Shown here in pieces: positions 1-6,843 of a stretch of DNA of 31,868 bases. A program made the translations under genes and the position numbers. The notes beneath the pieces were generated by a model. The model made no database searches. It saw nothing but the letters and a program-made list of their open reading frames with translations, and was not told the DNA's origin. Source of the stretch: Candidatus Ruminococcus avistercoris (GTDB taxonomy: Bacteria > Bacillota > Clostridia > Lachnospirales > Lachnospiraceae); the NCBI GenBank assembly GCA_019120315.1, contig DWVJ01000022.1, positions 1 through 31,868 on the forward strand. The letters run 5' to 3'. Every line of letters begins with the position of its first letter. The stretch's first letter is position 1.

Positions 1-71
1 ATTGTGACTAACAAGTGAAGTATGTAACGCTTTTCGGTGTCAAACCGCCCTGTTTAAGCGTTTAAGAGAGC

Positions 72-105
72 AAAAAAAGACGGGTAAGGAGTTTATCCCT
101 ACCCG
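72..105 (-). terminator. Rho-independent terminator downstream of tnpV
   Basis: Minus-strand RNA reads CGGGTAGGG-ATAAACT-CCTTACCCG followed by TCTTTTTTTG: a 9-bp stem with one mismatch, then a U-run. Confidence 0.7.
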
Positions 106-138
106 CCACAATTTTACAGTTGTATGCGTTACAATGCT

Positions 139-516
139 TTAATTATAGATAATTTCCTCGTTTACAATCTCCATTGCTCTATTACGAATACTGTTCATTG
201 TCTGTACCCACAGCATTGAATTTTCTGCCTTTAGCTGTTCGGTTAAGCCCTCTCGCTCCGCTATCTGTTTTACCAGCCGAAGAAACATATCTTCCGCCTG
301 CTCGTCAATATCCACAAGATAGCTGTTTAGCTTGCCGCTTGTAAGCAGGTTGGTATAAAGCACCTTGCGGTGCTGTTTGAGATAGCGCAAATGCCGCTGC
401 CCCCATACGTCGATAGGCTTGGTTTCTTTTTCGGCGGGTAAAGACAGACAAGGGAGAAAATAATCTCCCTGCCGTATATAAGTGCCGCCCATCTGTTCAA
501 ATATTGTCTTTTTCAT
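139..516 (-). CDS. tnpV: TnpV protein (transposon-associated)
   Basis: Sequence MKKTIFEQMGGTYIRQGDYFLPCL...WGQRHLRYLKQHRKVLYTNLLTSGKLNSYLVDIDEQAEDMF matches the TnpV family common in Firmicutes conjugative/mobilisable transposons. ATG at 516 is preceded by GGAGGT (521-530). The longer track ORF (to 564) has no RBS. Confidence 0.85.
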   Translation of the reverse strand: MKKTIFEQMGGTYIRQGDYFLPCLSLPAEKETKPIDVWGQRHLRYLKQHRKVLYTNLLTSGKLNSYLVDIDEQAEDMFLRLVKQIAEREGLTEQLKAENSMLWVQTMNSIRNRAMEIVNEEIIYN

Positions 517-520
517 AACC

Positions 521-682
521 TTAAACCTCCGTGATTCTGATTTTGAATTTCTTAATAGGTGCACTGACTACTTTGATTAGAATATCATCTACTGCATCCG
601 TATATCTGCCCTCTGCAAGCAGTTTGTTTCGTAGCATATTAAGAGCAATTAAAATTTTCGCATATCCGTTTGCCTCCTTCAT
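521..682 (-). CDS. Small hypothetical protein (53 aa) translationally coupled to tnpV
   Basis: Own translation: MKEANGYAKILIALNMLRNKLLAEGRYTDAVDDILIKVVSAPIKKFKIRITEV. It is too short for the ORF track. Its stop TAA (521-523) lies inside the tnpV RBS region. No clear SD precedes its ATG, and TACAAT lies 5 nt upstream, so it may be leaderless. Confidence 0.4.
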   Translation of the reverse strand: MKEANGYAKILIALNMLRNKLLAEGRYTDAVDDILIKVVSAPIKKFKIRITEV

Positions 683-735
683 CTACATTGTAGCAAGGAA
701 GTTTTTGCTTGACGAATGTGCGATTTTATTTTTGG

Positions 736-788
736 CATAAAGAAAGACAGCGTAAAAAGCATTTCTGCCTTCTACGCTGTCTTTTCGC
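736..788. terminator. Bidirectional stem-loop terminator (probable rnj terminator)
   Basis: AGACAGCGTA (745-754) pairs with TACGCTGTCT (773-782). TTTT follows on the plus strand and TTTCTTTAT on the minus strand. Confidence 0.65.
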
Positions 789-792
789 CTTT

Positions 793-853
793 GCAACGCC
801 CATAAGCTGTATTTCAATATTGTTTTCAAATTACTGCCTTATGTGGCGTTAGC
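793..853. repeat. Imperfect inverted repeat (about 12 bp arms, 31-nt spacer) between the rnj stop and the terminator
   Basis: AACGCCCATAAG (795-806) pairs with CTTATGTGGCGTT (838-850), with one bulged T. Confidence 0.5.
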
Positions 854-873
854 TAAACCGTCTCCGCTCTTTC

Positions 874-2538
874 TTAAAGTTCCATGATAATTGGTATGAT
901 CACCGGATTCCGTTTCATTTTTTTCCACAGAAAATCCGACAGACTGTCCTTTACCTCTCCCTTGATCCTGTTCCACTCCCGGATATTCTTTTTCCGGCAT
1001 TTTTCAATGGCACGGCGGGATACTTCCCTCAGTTCACGCATCAGCTCTTCCGACTCCCTCACATAGACAAATCCCCTGGAGACAATGTCCGGTCCGGATA
1101 CCAGCTGTTTGCTGCCTTTTTCCAATCCAATGGTCACCACCACGATACCGTGCTCGGCCAGATTCTGTCGATCCCGGATCACGATATTCCCCACATCGCC
1201 GATTCCCAGTCCGTCCACGAAAATCTCCCGGGCAGGAACTTTCCCCGTCACCTTCGCCTCCTTCTGAGACAGACTTAAGACATCGCCGGCTTCCAGGATG
1301 AACACATGATCCTTTTCCATACCCAGTTCCATGACCGTATCGGCAGCCGCCGTAAGATGGCGGTATTCTCCGTGAACCGGCACAGCGTACCTGGGCTTCA
1401 AAAGGGAATAGATCAGTTTGATTTCCTCCTGGCAGGCGTGGCCGGAAACATGGGTATCCTGGAAAAGCACTTCCGCTCCCCGCATGGCCAGCTCATTGAT
1501 GATCCGGGAAACCGCTTTTTCATTTCCCGGTATGGGATTGGAACTTAAAATAATCACATCACCCGGCTTGATATGCACCTTTTTATGGGTGCCGTCAGCC
1601 ATCCGTGACAGAGCGGCCATGGATTCTCCCTGGCTGCCGGTGGTGATAAACACCAGCTGTTCATCAGGATAGCGATTCATTTCTCCCACCTGAATCAGCG
1701 TCTTTTCCGGTATCTTCACATATCCCAGATCCTGAGCAATCTGAATCACCGTTTCCATACTTCGTCCCTGCAGGATTACTTTCCGCCCGAAACGGTGGGC
1801 TGTATTGATGATCTGCTGCACACGATCCACATTGGAAGCAAAGGTAGCCACGATCATTCTGCTGCCCCGATATTCAGAAAACAACATATCAAAGGTTCTG
1901 GCCACCTTTGTCTCCGAAGGGGTAAAGCCGGGACGCATGGCGTTGGTACTGTCGCTCAAAACAGCCAGCACGCCTTTTTTGCCCAATACACCCATTCTCT
2001 GCAGATCGATGGATTCCCCAAACAGCGGCGTATAGTCCACCTTAAAATCGCCGGTATGGACGATCACGCCGGCCGGTGTATAGATCGCCAGCGAGGAAGC
2101 CCCGGCGATGCTGTGATTGGTTTTGATAAACTCCACCCGGAAATCCCCCAGAGTCACATAACCGCCCTGTTTCACGATCTTTCGCCGGGTTTTTTTCAGA
2201 AGTTTCGCCTCCTGCAGTTTATGCTCGATCAGCCCCATGGTCAGCCTGGTGGCATACACCGGCACATTGATCTTTGGCAGTATATAAGGAAGGGCTCCGA
2301 TGTGGTCTTCATGTCCGTGGGTGATCACAAAACCCTTTACCTTATCAATATTCTGTTCCAGATACGTCACGTCTGGTATCACCTTATCGATGCCCAGCAT
2401 GTCGTCCTCCGGAAAAGAAATACCGCAGTCGATCACGATAATCGTATTCTCATATTCCACGGCAGTAATATTCATCCCGATCTTATCCAGACCGCCCAGG
2501 GGGATGATTTTTACTGCTTTTCCCTTTTCTTTTTTCAA
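874..2538 (-). CDS. rnj: Ribonuclease J (metallo-beta-lactamase/beta-CASP RNase)
   Basis: KIIPLGGLDKIGMNITAVEY, HGHEDHIG motif, SDSTN, and a family-typical length of 554 aa. Start reassigned to TTG at 2538, preceded by GAGAGGAA. The track extension to 2715 overlaps the divergent gene and has no RBS. Confidence 0.93.
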   Translation of the reverse strand: MKKEKGKAVKIIPLGGLDKIGMNITAVEYENTIIVIDCGISFPEDDMLGIDKVIPDVTYLEQNIDKVKGFVITHGHEDHIGALPYILPKINVPVYATRLTMGLIEHKLQEAKLLKKTRRKIVKQGGYVTLGDFRVEFIKTNHSIAGASSLAIYTPAGVIVHTGDFKVDYTPLFGESIDLQRMGVLGKKGVLAVLSDSTNAMRPGFTPSETKVARTFDMLFSEYRGSRMIVATFASNVDRVQQIINTAHRFGRKVILQGRSMETVIQIAQDLGYVKIPEKTLIQVGEMNRYPDEQLVFITTGSQGESMAALSRMADGTHKKVHIKPGDVIILSSNPIPGNEKAVSRIINELAMRGAEVLFQDTHVSGHACQEEIKLIYSLLKPRYAVPVHGEYRHLTAAADTVMELGMEKDHVFILEAGDVLSLSQKEAKVTGKVPAREIFVDGLGIGDVGNIVIRDRQNLAEHGIVVVTIGLEKGSKQLVSGPDIVSRGFVYVRESEELMRELREVSRRAIEKCRKKNIREWNRIKGEVKDSLSDFLWKKMKRNPVIIPIIMEL

Positions 2539-2587
2539 AATAGATTCATTCCTCTCAAATTCGTCTTGTCGCAAGCTGTATTGACTT

Positions 2588-2616
2588 ATTTTAACGCACT
2601 TTTCCGCAATAGGCAA
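2588..2616 (-). promoter_or_regulatory. Sigma-A type promoter for rnj
   Basis: Minus strand reads TTGCCT (2611-2616), a 17-nt spacer, then TAAAAT (2588-2593). Confidence 0.5.
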
Positions 2617-2644
2617 ACATTTTATTTCTTCTGTATACAAAATA

Positions 2645-2653
2645 TGGTATACT
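2645..2653 (+). promoter_or_regulatory. Extended -10 element for the PsiE-family gene
   Basis: TGgTATACT about 40 nt upstream of ATG 2694. The -35 (TTTCTT) is weak. Confidence 0.35.
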
Positions 2654-2693
2654 GACACTACCTGATAACCCGTCAACAAAGGAGAAACCATCC

Positions 2694-3107
2694 ATGGATA
2701 AAGAACGTATCTCACAGAAAATCCGCGACCTTCTTCCGGAAATTACCCGCTATATCGAATTTCTGATTTCCGTAATCATCATACTTGTCATCCTGCTGCA
2801 GATTCTCAACCTGCTTCGTGATGTCATCAAAGATCCCTTTTTCCTGGAAAATAATTACTTTACCACCTTTCTGGCCCGGGCCTTAAACCTGGTGGTCGGT
2901 ATTGAATTCGTCAAAATGCTGTGCAAACACACGCCGGAAACCGTGGTGGAAGTTCTGATGTTTGCCACCGCACGTCAAATGGTGGTGGAGCATCTGCAGA
3001 CCTGGGAAACGCTGATCGGCATCCTGGGTATCGGGGTTTTATTTGCCATCCGGAAATACCTGTTTCTTTCCGCCAAGGAAAGCAAGCGGCTGTCTGATAA
3101 ATTCTGA
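2694..3107 (+). CDS. PsiE-family (phosphate-starvation-inducible E-like) membrane protein
   Basis: Four hydrophobic segments and the GIEFVKML..HTPETVVEVLMFATARQMVV core typical of the PsiE family. RBS GGAG lies 9 nt upstream. Confidence 0.7.
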   Translation: MDKERISQKIRDLLPEITRYIEFLISVIIILVILLQILNLLRDVIKDPFFLENNYFTTFLARALNLVVGIEFVKMLCKHTPETVVEVLMFATARQMVVEHLQTWETLIGILGIGVLFAIRKYLFLSAKESKRLSDKF

Positions 3108-3118
3108 ATTTGCTGTGA

Positions 3119-3151
3119 AACAGGCAGCCAGAAAATTTCTGGCTGCCTGTT
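3119..3151. terminator. Strong stem-loop between convergent genes
   Basis: AACAGGCAGCCAGAAA pairs with TTTCTGGCTGCCTGTT, a nearly perfect stem of about 14 bp. The U-tract is weak on both strands. Confidence 0.6.
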
Positions 3152-3175
3152 AATCTTATTTCCAGGAACAACGGA

Positions 3176-4603
3176 TCAGTCATCCCAATCATCATCCCAG
3201 CGGTCGTCATCATCGTCCCAGCGATCATCATCATAATCCGGCACTCTCACCCGTTTTGGCTCAGAGAAAGTTCCATACTGTTTCTTTCCATTCTCATACC
3301 GAATCGCTCTTACCTTATAGTAATAAACATCATCGCCCAGATCATCATCCCGATGCGTATAAGTGGTGCCTCGCAATTCTTTTACATAATCCCAGTCATC
3401 ATCATCTGCTTCCCGGTAATAAATCTGATATCCGATCGCCCCGTTTACCTTATTCCAGCTCAATGTTACTTTTTCATATCCCGGCACAGCTTTCGTGATT
3501 ACTGCCTGTTTGAGTTTCGGCGCCACATTGCCTGTTACAGCCGACATCGCGCCGAAATGATAGCTGCCCGCATATTTTTTAAAGGCGCGCATCTTATAAT
3601 AGTATTTTTGCCCGGTGGTAAGCTTCGAATTCACATAAGAACAGGTACTGCCGCTGTTAATCTGTGTCACATAAGTAAATTCTCCATTCGGTGAAGCTGC
3701 ACGATAAAGGCGATATCCGTCTGCCCCTGCCACTTTTCCCCAGGTGATTTTCAGCCCGTTATAACCCCAGGACTGAACTTTGCTGATTTTTACCTGTTTT
3801 GGAACGGCTTTTCCCGTCTTAATGGTTGAATACGCGCCGCAGATACCATCTTCAAATGCACGAACCTTGTAATAATAGGTTCGTCCTGTTGTCAGACTGC
3901 GATTGATAAACGAGGAAACATCACTGCCCAAAAGCCTGGCAACCTGTCGGTATGTACCGTTTTTGGATGTGGCACGATACACATGATACCCATCTGCATT
4001 GTAAATCGGAGTCCAGCTGATTTTCACCGCCGTTGCGCCCCAGCTTTTTACGCTGACATTGGTCACCTGATCCGGTTTTATGCCGTTCACAGTCACTTTA
4101 CAGGACGCTCTCACATCATCCTCTTTAGCCCAGATCGTAGCGGTTCCATTATTAACCGCCGTTACCAGGCCGTCGTCCGATACGCGGGCTACTCGCTCAT
4201 TGCTGCTTTCCCAGTCGATATCATCATCGTCATCATCACCGTCTGAAACCAGGGTGGCAATCAGCTTTGCTGTCTGTCCTTTCTTTGTGAAATTTAATGA
4301 GCTGCGGTTCAATATAATTTCCGTTACATCATCCCGATCGTCGTCCCAATCATCATTGTCATCTGCTCCAATTTCGGCCTGTTCGGATTGAATCGGTATT
4401 TCTTCCTGGACTTCTTCCGAAGGTTCTTCTCCCTCCGTCACTTCCCCATCCAGCTCATTCTCCGATTCGCTTTCATAAACCACGGCCCCCGTTCCGGCCG
4501 TTTCTTCCGCCGCTGCAGCGGGAACTGCCGTCGTTCCCAGCATTACAGATACCAGAAATCCTGCCAGGGTTTTGTGCAAAATCTTTCTTCCCTTCTTATC
4601 CAT
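3176..4603 (-). CDS. Secreted acidic protein: signal peptide, Big_2-like domain, three FN3-like repeats, Asp/Trp-rich tail
   Basis: N-terminal MDKKGRKILHKTLAGFLVSVMLGTTAVPAAAA looks like a signal peptide. Residues about 94-172 resemble Big_2 (LNFTKKGQTAKL...VTAVNNGTATIWA...CKVTV). Three repeats of about 90 aa carry the pattern W..V.GADGY.(V/L)YR....G.Y......TTG..YYYKVRAF. RBS is AAAGGAGAAAAG. Confidence 0.8.
   Translation of the reverse strand: MDKKGRKILHKTLAGFLVSVMLGTTAVPAAAAEETAGTGAVVYESESENELDGEVTEGEEPSEEVQEEIPIQSEQAEIGADDNDDWDDDRDDVTEIILNRSSLNFTKKGQTAKLIATLVSDGDDDDDDIDWESSNERVARVSDDGLVTAVNNGTATIWAKEDDVRASCKVTVNGIKPDQVTNVSVKSWGATAVKISWTPIYNADGYHVYRATSKNGTYRQVARLLGSDVSSFINRSLTTGRTYYYKVRAFEDGICGAYSTIKTGKAVPKQVKISKVQSWGYNGLKITWGKVAGADGYRLYRAASPNGEFTYVTQINSGSTCSYVNSKLTTGQKYYYKMRAFKKYAGSYHFGAMSAVTGNVAPKLKQAVITKAVPGYEKVTLSWNKVNGAIGYQIYYREADDDDWDYVKELRGTTYTHRDDDLGDDVYYYKVRAIRYENGKKQYGTFSEPKRVRVPDYDDDRWDDDDDRWDDDWDD
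3245..4078 (-). repeat. Three tandem protein-level repeats of about 90 aa (FN3-like)
   Basis: Residues about 176-265, 267-358 and 361-453 of the 475-aa protein share the SW/GY/YYYK(V/M)RA motif order. Confidence 0.7.
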
Positions 4604-4712
4604 ATGCTTTTCTCCTTTTCATTTTTTAAAGTATATGAATACTCATTTGGATTTTACTATTTTTCAGTTAATTCGGCTATCTGGCATTTGTAAAGAATAT
4701 GTAAAATTCCAG

Positions 4713-4745
4713 TAAAATAAAAGACTGAGTTACTTTTCGTAACCC
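4713..4745 (-). terminator. Rho-independent terminator ending the long minus-strand array
   Basis: Minus-strand RNA reads GGGTTAC-GAAAA-GTAACTC followed by AGTCTTTTATTTT. Confidence 0.65.
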
Positions 4746-4760
4746 AATCTTCTTTTTCTC

Positions 4761-5636
4761 TTACTTACACAGCAATTGTTTCATTTTCCGTATATAACCC
4801 GGTGTGGTGCCGCAGCATCCCCCGATCAGGCGGGCTCCGGCCATCGCCAGCTCCTTCATATGGCGGGCGAAAGTTTCCTCATCCATACTGTATACCATAT
4901 TTCCGGAAGCATCCAGTGTGGGAAGTCCGGCATTTGGCTTGGCAATCACCGGAACCTGAGCCTTTTTGACCATCCGCTCAACCACATCCAGCAGCTGATC
5001 CGGCCCCAGGGAACAATTGACGCCCACTGCCGCCGCGCCGGCCTCTTCCAGCCGCGAGACCGCATCCACCGCGTCCGTTCCGTAAATAGTCATTCCCTTT
5101 TCGTTTACCGTAAAGGTACACATCACCGGCAGATCGCAGACCGCTTCTGCCGCCTTCAGCGCCGCCAGCATCTCATCGAGACTCAGCATGGTCTCCACTC
5201 CCAGCAGATCCACTCCGCCCTCTGCCAGCGCTTCTATCTGTTCCTTATAGATATCCACCAGTTCCGGTTCTGTCATGTCGCCCAGCGGCTCCAGCAGCTC
5301 TCCGGTCATGGTCAGATCTCCGGCCACGCAGGCGCGATCCCCCACCGCTTCCCTGGTCAGCTGTACCAGTCTGCGGTTCAGTTCACCCGTCCTGTTCTCC
5401 AGGCCGTGTTTTTTCAGACTCTGCCGGTTGGCGGAAAACGTGCAGGCATAAATGATCTGACTTCCCGCCTTAACGTAATCGCTCTGAAGCTTCTGTACCG
5501 GCTGTGGATGATCCAGCATCCAAAGTTCCGACGACGCATTCTGCGGCATGCCGGCGGCCATCAGATTGGAGCCTGTCGCTCCGTCCATGAAAATCAGATC
5601 CCTGGCGGCCCAGTCTGAAAATTGTTTCTTTGTCAT
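4761..5636 (-). CDS. Homocysteine S-methyltransferase domain protein (stand-alone, 291 aa)
   Basis: MDGATGSNL, SFSANR-like TFSANRQSL, GVNCSLGP and GGCCGTTPGYI (zinc-ligand cysteines of the Pfam S-methyl_trans family). Start moved to ATG 5636 with GGAGGG upstream. The track extension is Arg/Lys junk overlapping the upstream gene. Confidence 0.85.
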   Translation of the reverse strand: MTKKQFSDWAARDLIFMDGATGSNLMAAGMPQNASSELWMLDHPQPVQKLQSDYVKAGSQIIYACTFSANRQSLKKHGLENRTGELNRRLVQLTREAVGDRACVAGDLTMTGELLEPLGDMTEPELVDIYKEQIEALAEGGVDLLGVETMLSLDEMLAALKAAEAVCDLPVMCTFTVNEKGMTIYGTDAVDAVSRLEEAGAAAVGVNCSLGPDQLLDVVERMVKKAQVPVIAKPNAGLPTLDASGNMVYSMDEETFARHMKELAMAGARLIGGCCGTTPGYIRKMKQLLCK

Positions 5637-5658
5637 TTGCGAACCCTCCGTACCGGTG

Positions 5659-6780
5659 TTATTCCTGCCCTTCTTCTGTCGTATCCGTTTCCGTCTCTGC
5701 CCCGTTTTCTTCAGATGTATCGCCGTTTTCTGTCTCCGGCGCCGCCATCTGGTAACTTTCCTCATCGGTCAGGCGAATTTTCTTCCAGACGCCTTTTTTC
5801 AATTCGATATCCGCTTCATCATACCAGCCCTGAACGATTTCATCAAAGGCCTCCTGCTGCTTCTCCAGCTTAAGAGATTCCTCCTTGTTAGCAGTAGCCT
5901 CTTCATCCAGTTTTTTATCCAGCCGGACCACAAAATATCCCGCTTCGCCCTCCACTACGCCGTCATAGATCTGGCCGTCTTCCAGACCGGAAGCCGCCTC
6001 TTTCACCGCGTCATCCAGCGTAGTATCGTCTTCGCCGTAAGAGAAAGATGTGGTAATGAAAGACTCATCCAGTTCCTCAGCCATGGTTTCTATATCCGCC
6101 TGTGCAGGATTTTCGCTGGCTTTTATCTGCTCCAGCAGATTTTCCACTTTATCGTAAACCTGCTGCTTCTCATCCTCTTCCATATCCCGGGTGGAAAGAT
6201 AAGCATAAGTCAGCGTAGACTGGGCCGCCTCTTCATCCGTTACCTCAATCTCCACATCAGCGATAACCGGCTCAAAGGCTTTTTCATAATACGTATTCAG
6301 TTCCAGATATTCCCGCACATCTTCCTGAGAAACCCCGATTTTTTTCAGAACATTTTCATCCGTTCCCTCGATAAAGGCTGCGGCAGCCTCATCCATGGCT
6401 TTTTCTTCCTCTTCGGTGATCTCCAGCCCGTATTCATCCGCGCGTTCCCTGACCAGATACATCTTTTCTATATTTTCCAGAACCTCCTGTCTGGTCTGCT
6501 CGCCGAAGGTTTCTCCGCCTTCTTCTGTCTCATTATCCCAGATGGGAACATCTGCCTCGGCGCCGCCGTACATGGAATACATATAGGAATAATAGTACTC
6601 CGTCTGCGCCTGCTGATATCTTACCGCAAAGCTTAACACACCTGCCGGTATCTCTTCTCCGTCCACAACGGCCGCCGTCTGCGTCCCGTCAAGCTGGCTG
6701 GAACCGCAGCCTGCCGCTGATATCATACACATGGCCGCAGCCATCGCGGCGCAGGCTGTTTTTACCACATTTTTCTTCAT
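5659..6780 (-). CDS. Acidic lipoprotein, PrsA/SurA-N-like with an apparently degenerate parvulin region
   Basis: Lipobox MISAAGC. Its position downstream of mfd matches clostridial prsA-like genes. Tail GQIYDGVVEGEAGYFVVRL resembles the end of a parvulin domain, but no HIL-type motif is present. Very Glu/Asp-rich. RBS is GGAGG. Confidence 0.55.
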   Translation of the reverse strand: MKKNVVKTACAAMAAAMCMISAAGCGSSQLDGTQTAAVVDGEEIPAGVLSFAVRYQQAQTEYYYSYMYSMYGGAEADVPIWDNETEEGGETFGEQTRQEVLENIEKMYLVRERADEYGLEITEEEEKAMDEAAAAFIEGTDENVLKKIGVSQEDVREYLELNTYYEKAFEPVIADVEIEVTDEEAAQSTLTYAYLSTRDMEEDEKQQVYDKVENLLEQIKASENPAQADIETMAEELDESFITTSFSYGEDDTTLDDAVKEAASGLEDGQIYDGVVEGEAGYFVVRLDKKLDEEATANKEESLKLEKQQEAFDEIVQGWYDEADIELKKGVWKKIRLTDEESYQMAAPETENGDTSEENGAETETDTTEEGQE

Positions 6781-6814
6781 GTTATCCTCCTGTATGCGTC
6801 TTTACGCTCACAGT

Positions 6815-6843
6815 ATTATAAACTATTTTTCCGTAAAACTCAA
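6815..6843 (-). promoter_or_regulatory. Candidate internal promoter for the PrsA-like gene, overlapping the mfd 3' end
   Basis: Minus strand reads TTGAGT (6838-6843), a 17-nt spacer, then TATAAT (6815-6820). Confidence 0.45.

Larger units (their letters stand above)
1..740 (-). mobile_element. Edge fragment of an integrated mobile element (TnpV-type transposon/ICE accessory module); true boundary not resolved
   Basis: Contains a TnpV homologue and a coupled small ORF. By eye the base composition is lower (low-40s % GC) than the rest of the window (about 50%). No recombinase is present in the window, so the element must continue to the left. Confidence 0.45.

Noticed and set aside
531-740. 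69-aa plus-strand ORF between tnpV and rnj
   Set aside because: It has no RBS and is antisense to the small coupled ORF and the tnpV start region. The hydrophobic, low-information translation gives no support.
1795-2655. 286-aa plus-strand ORF antisense to rnj, and similar shadows at 4776-5618, 14964-15776, 19621-20301, 20323-21174, 22448-23053 and 27788-28600
   Set aside because: All are embedded antisense in genes with clear family motifs. None has a convincing RBS or any recognisable domain.
2539-2715. N-terminal extensions offered by the ORF track for rnj, and likewise for 4761-5765, 11923-13011, 13091-13354, 23102-23689, 24328-24867 and 25541-27253
   Set aside because: The extensions lack an RBS, overlap neighbouring genes or promoters, and add residues absent from the family N-termini. 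Internal starts with GGAGG-type SDs fit better.
5548-6636. 362-aa plus-strand ORF antisense to the PrsA-like gene and the homocysteine methyltransferase start
   Set aside because: It is an antisense shadow of a Glu-rich gene (Phe/Leu/Ile-rich translation), with no RBS or motifs.
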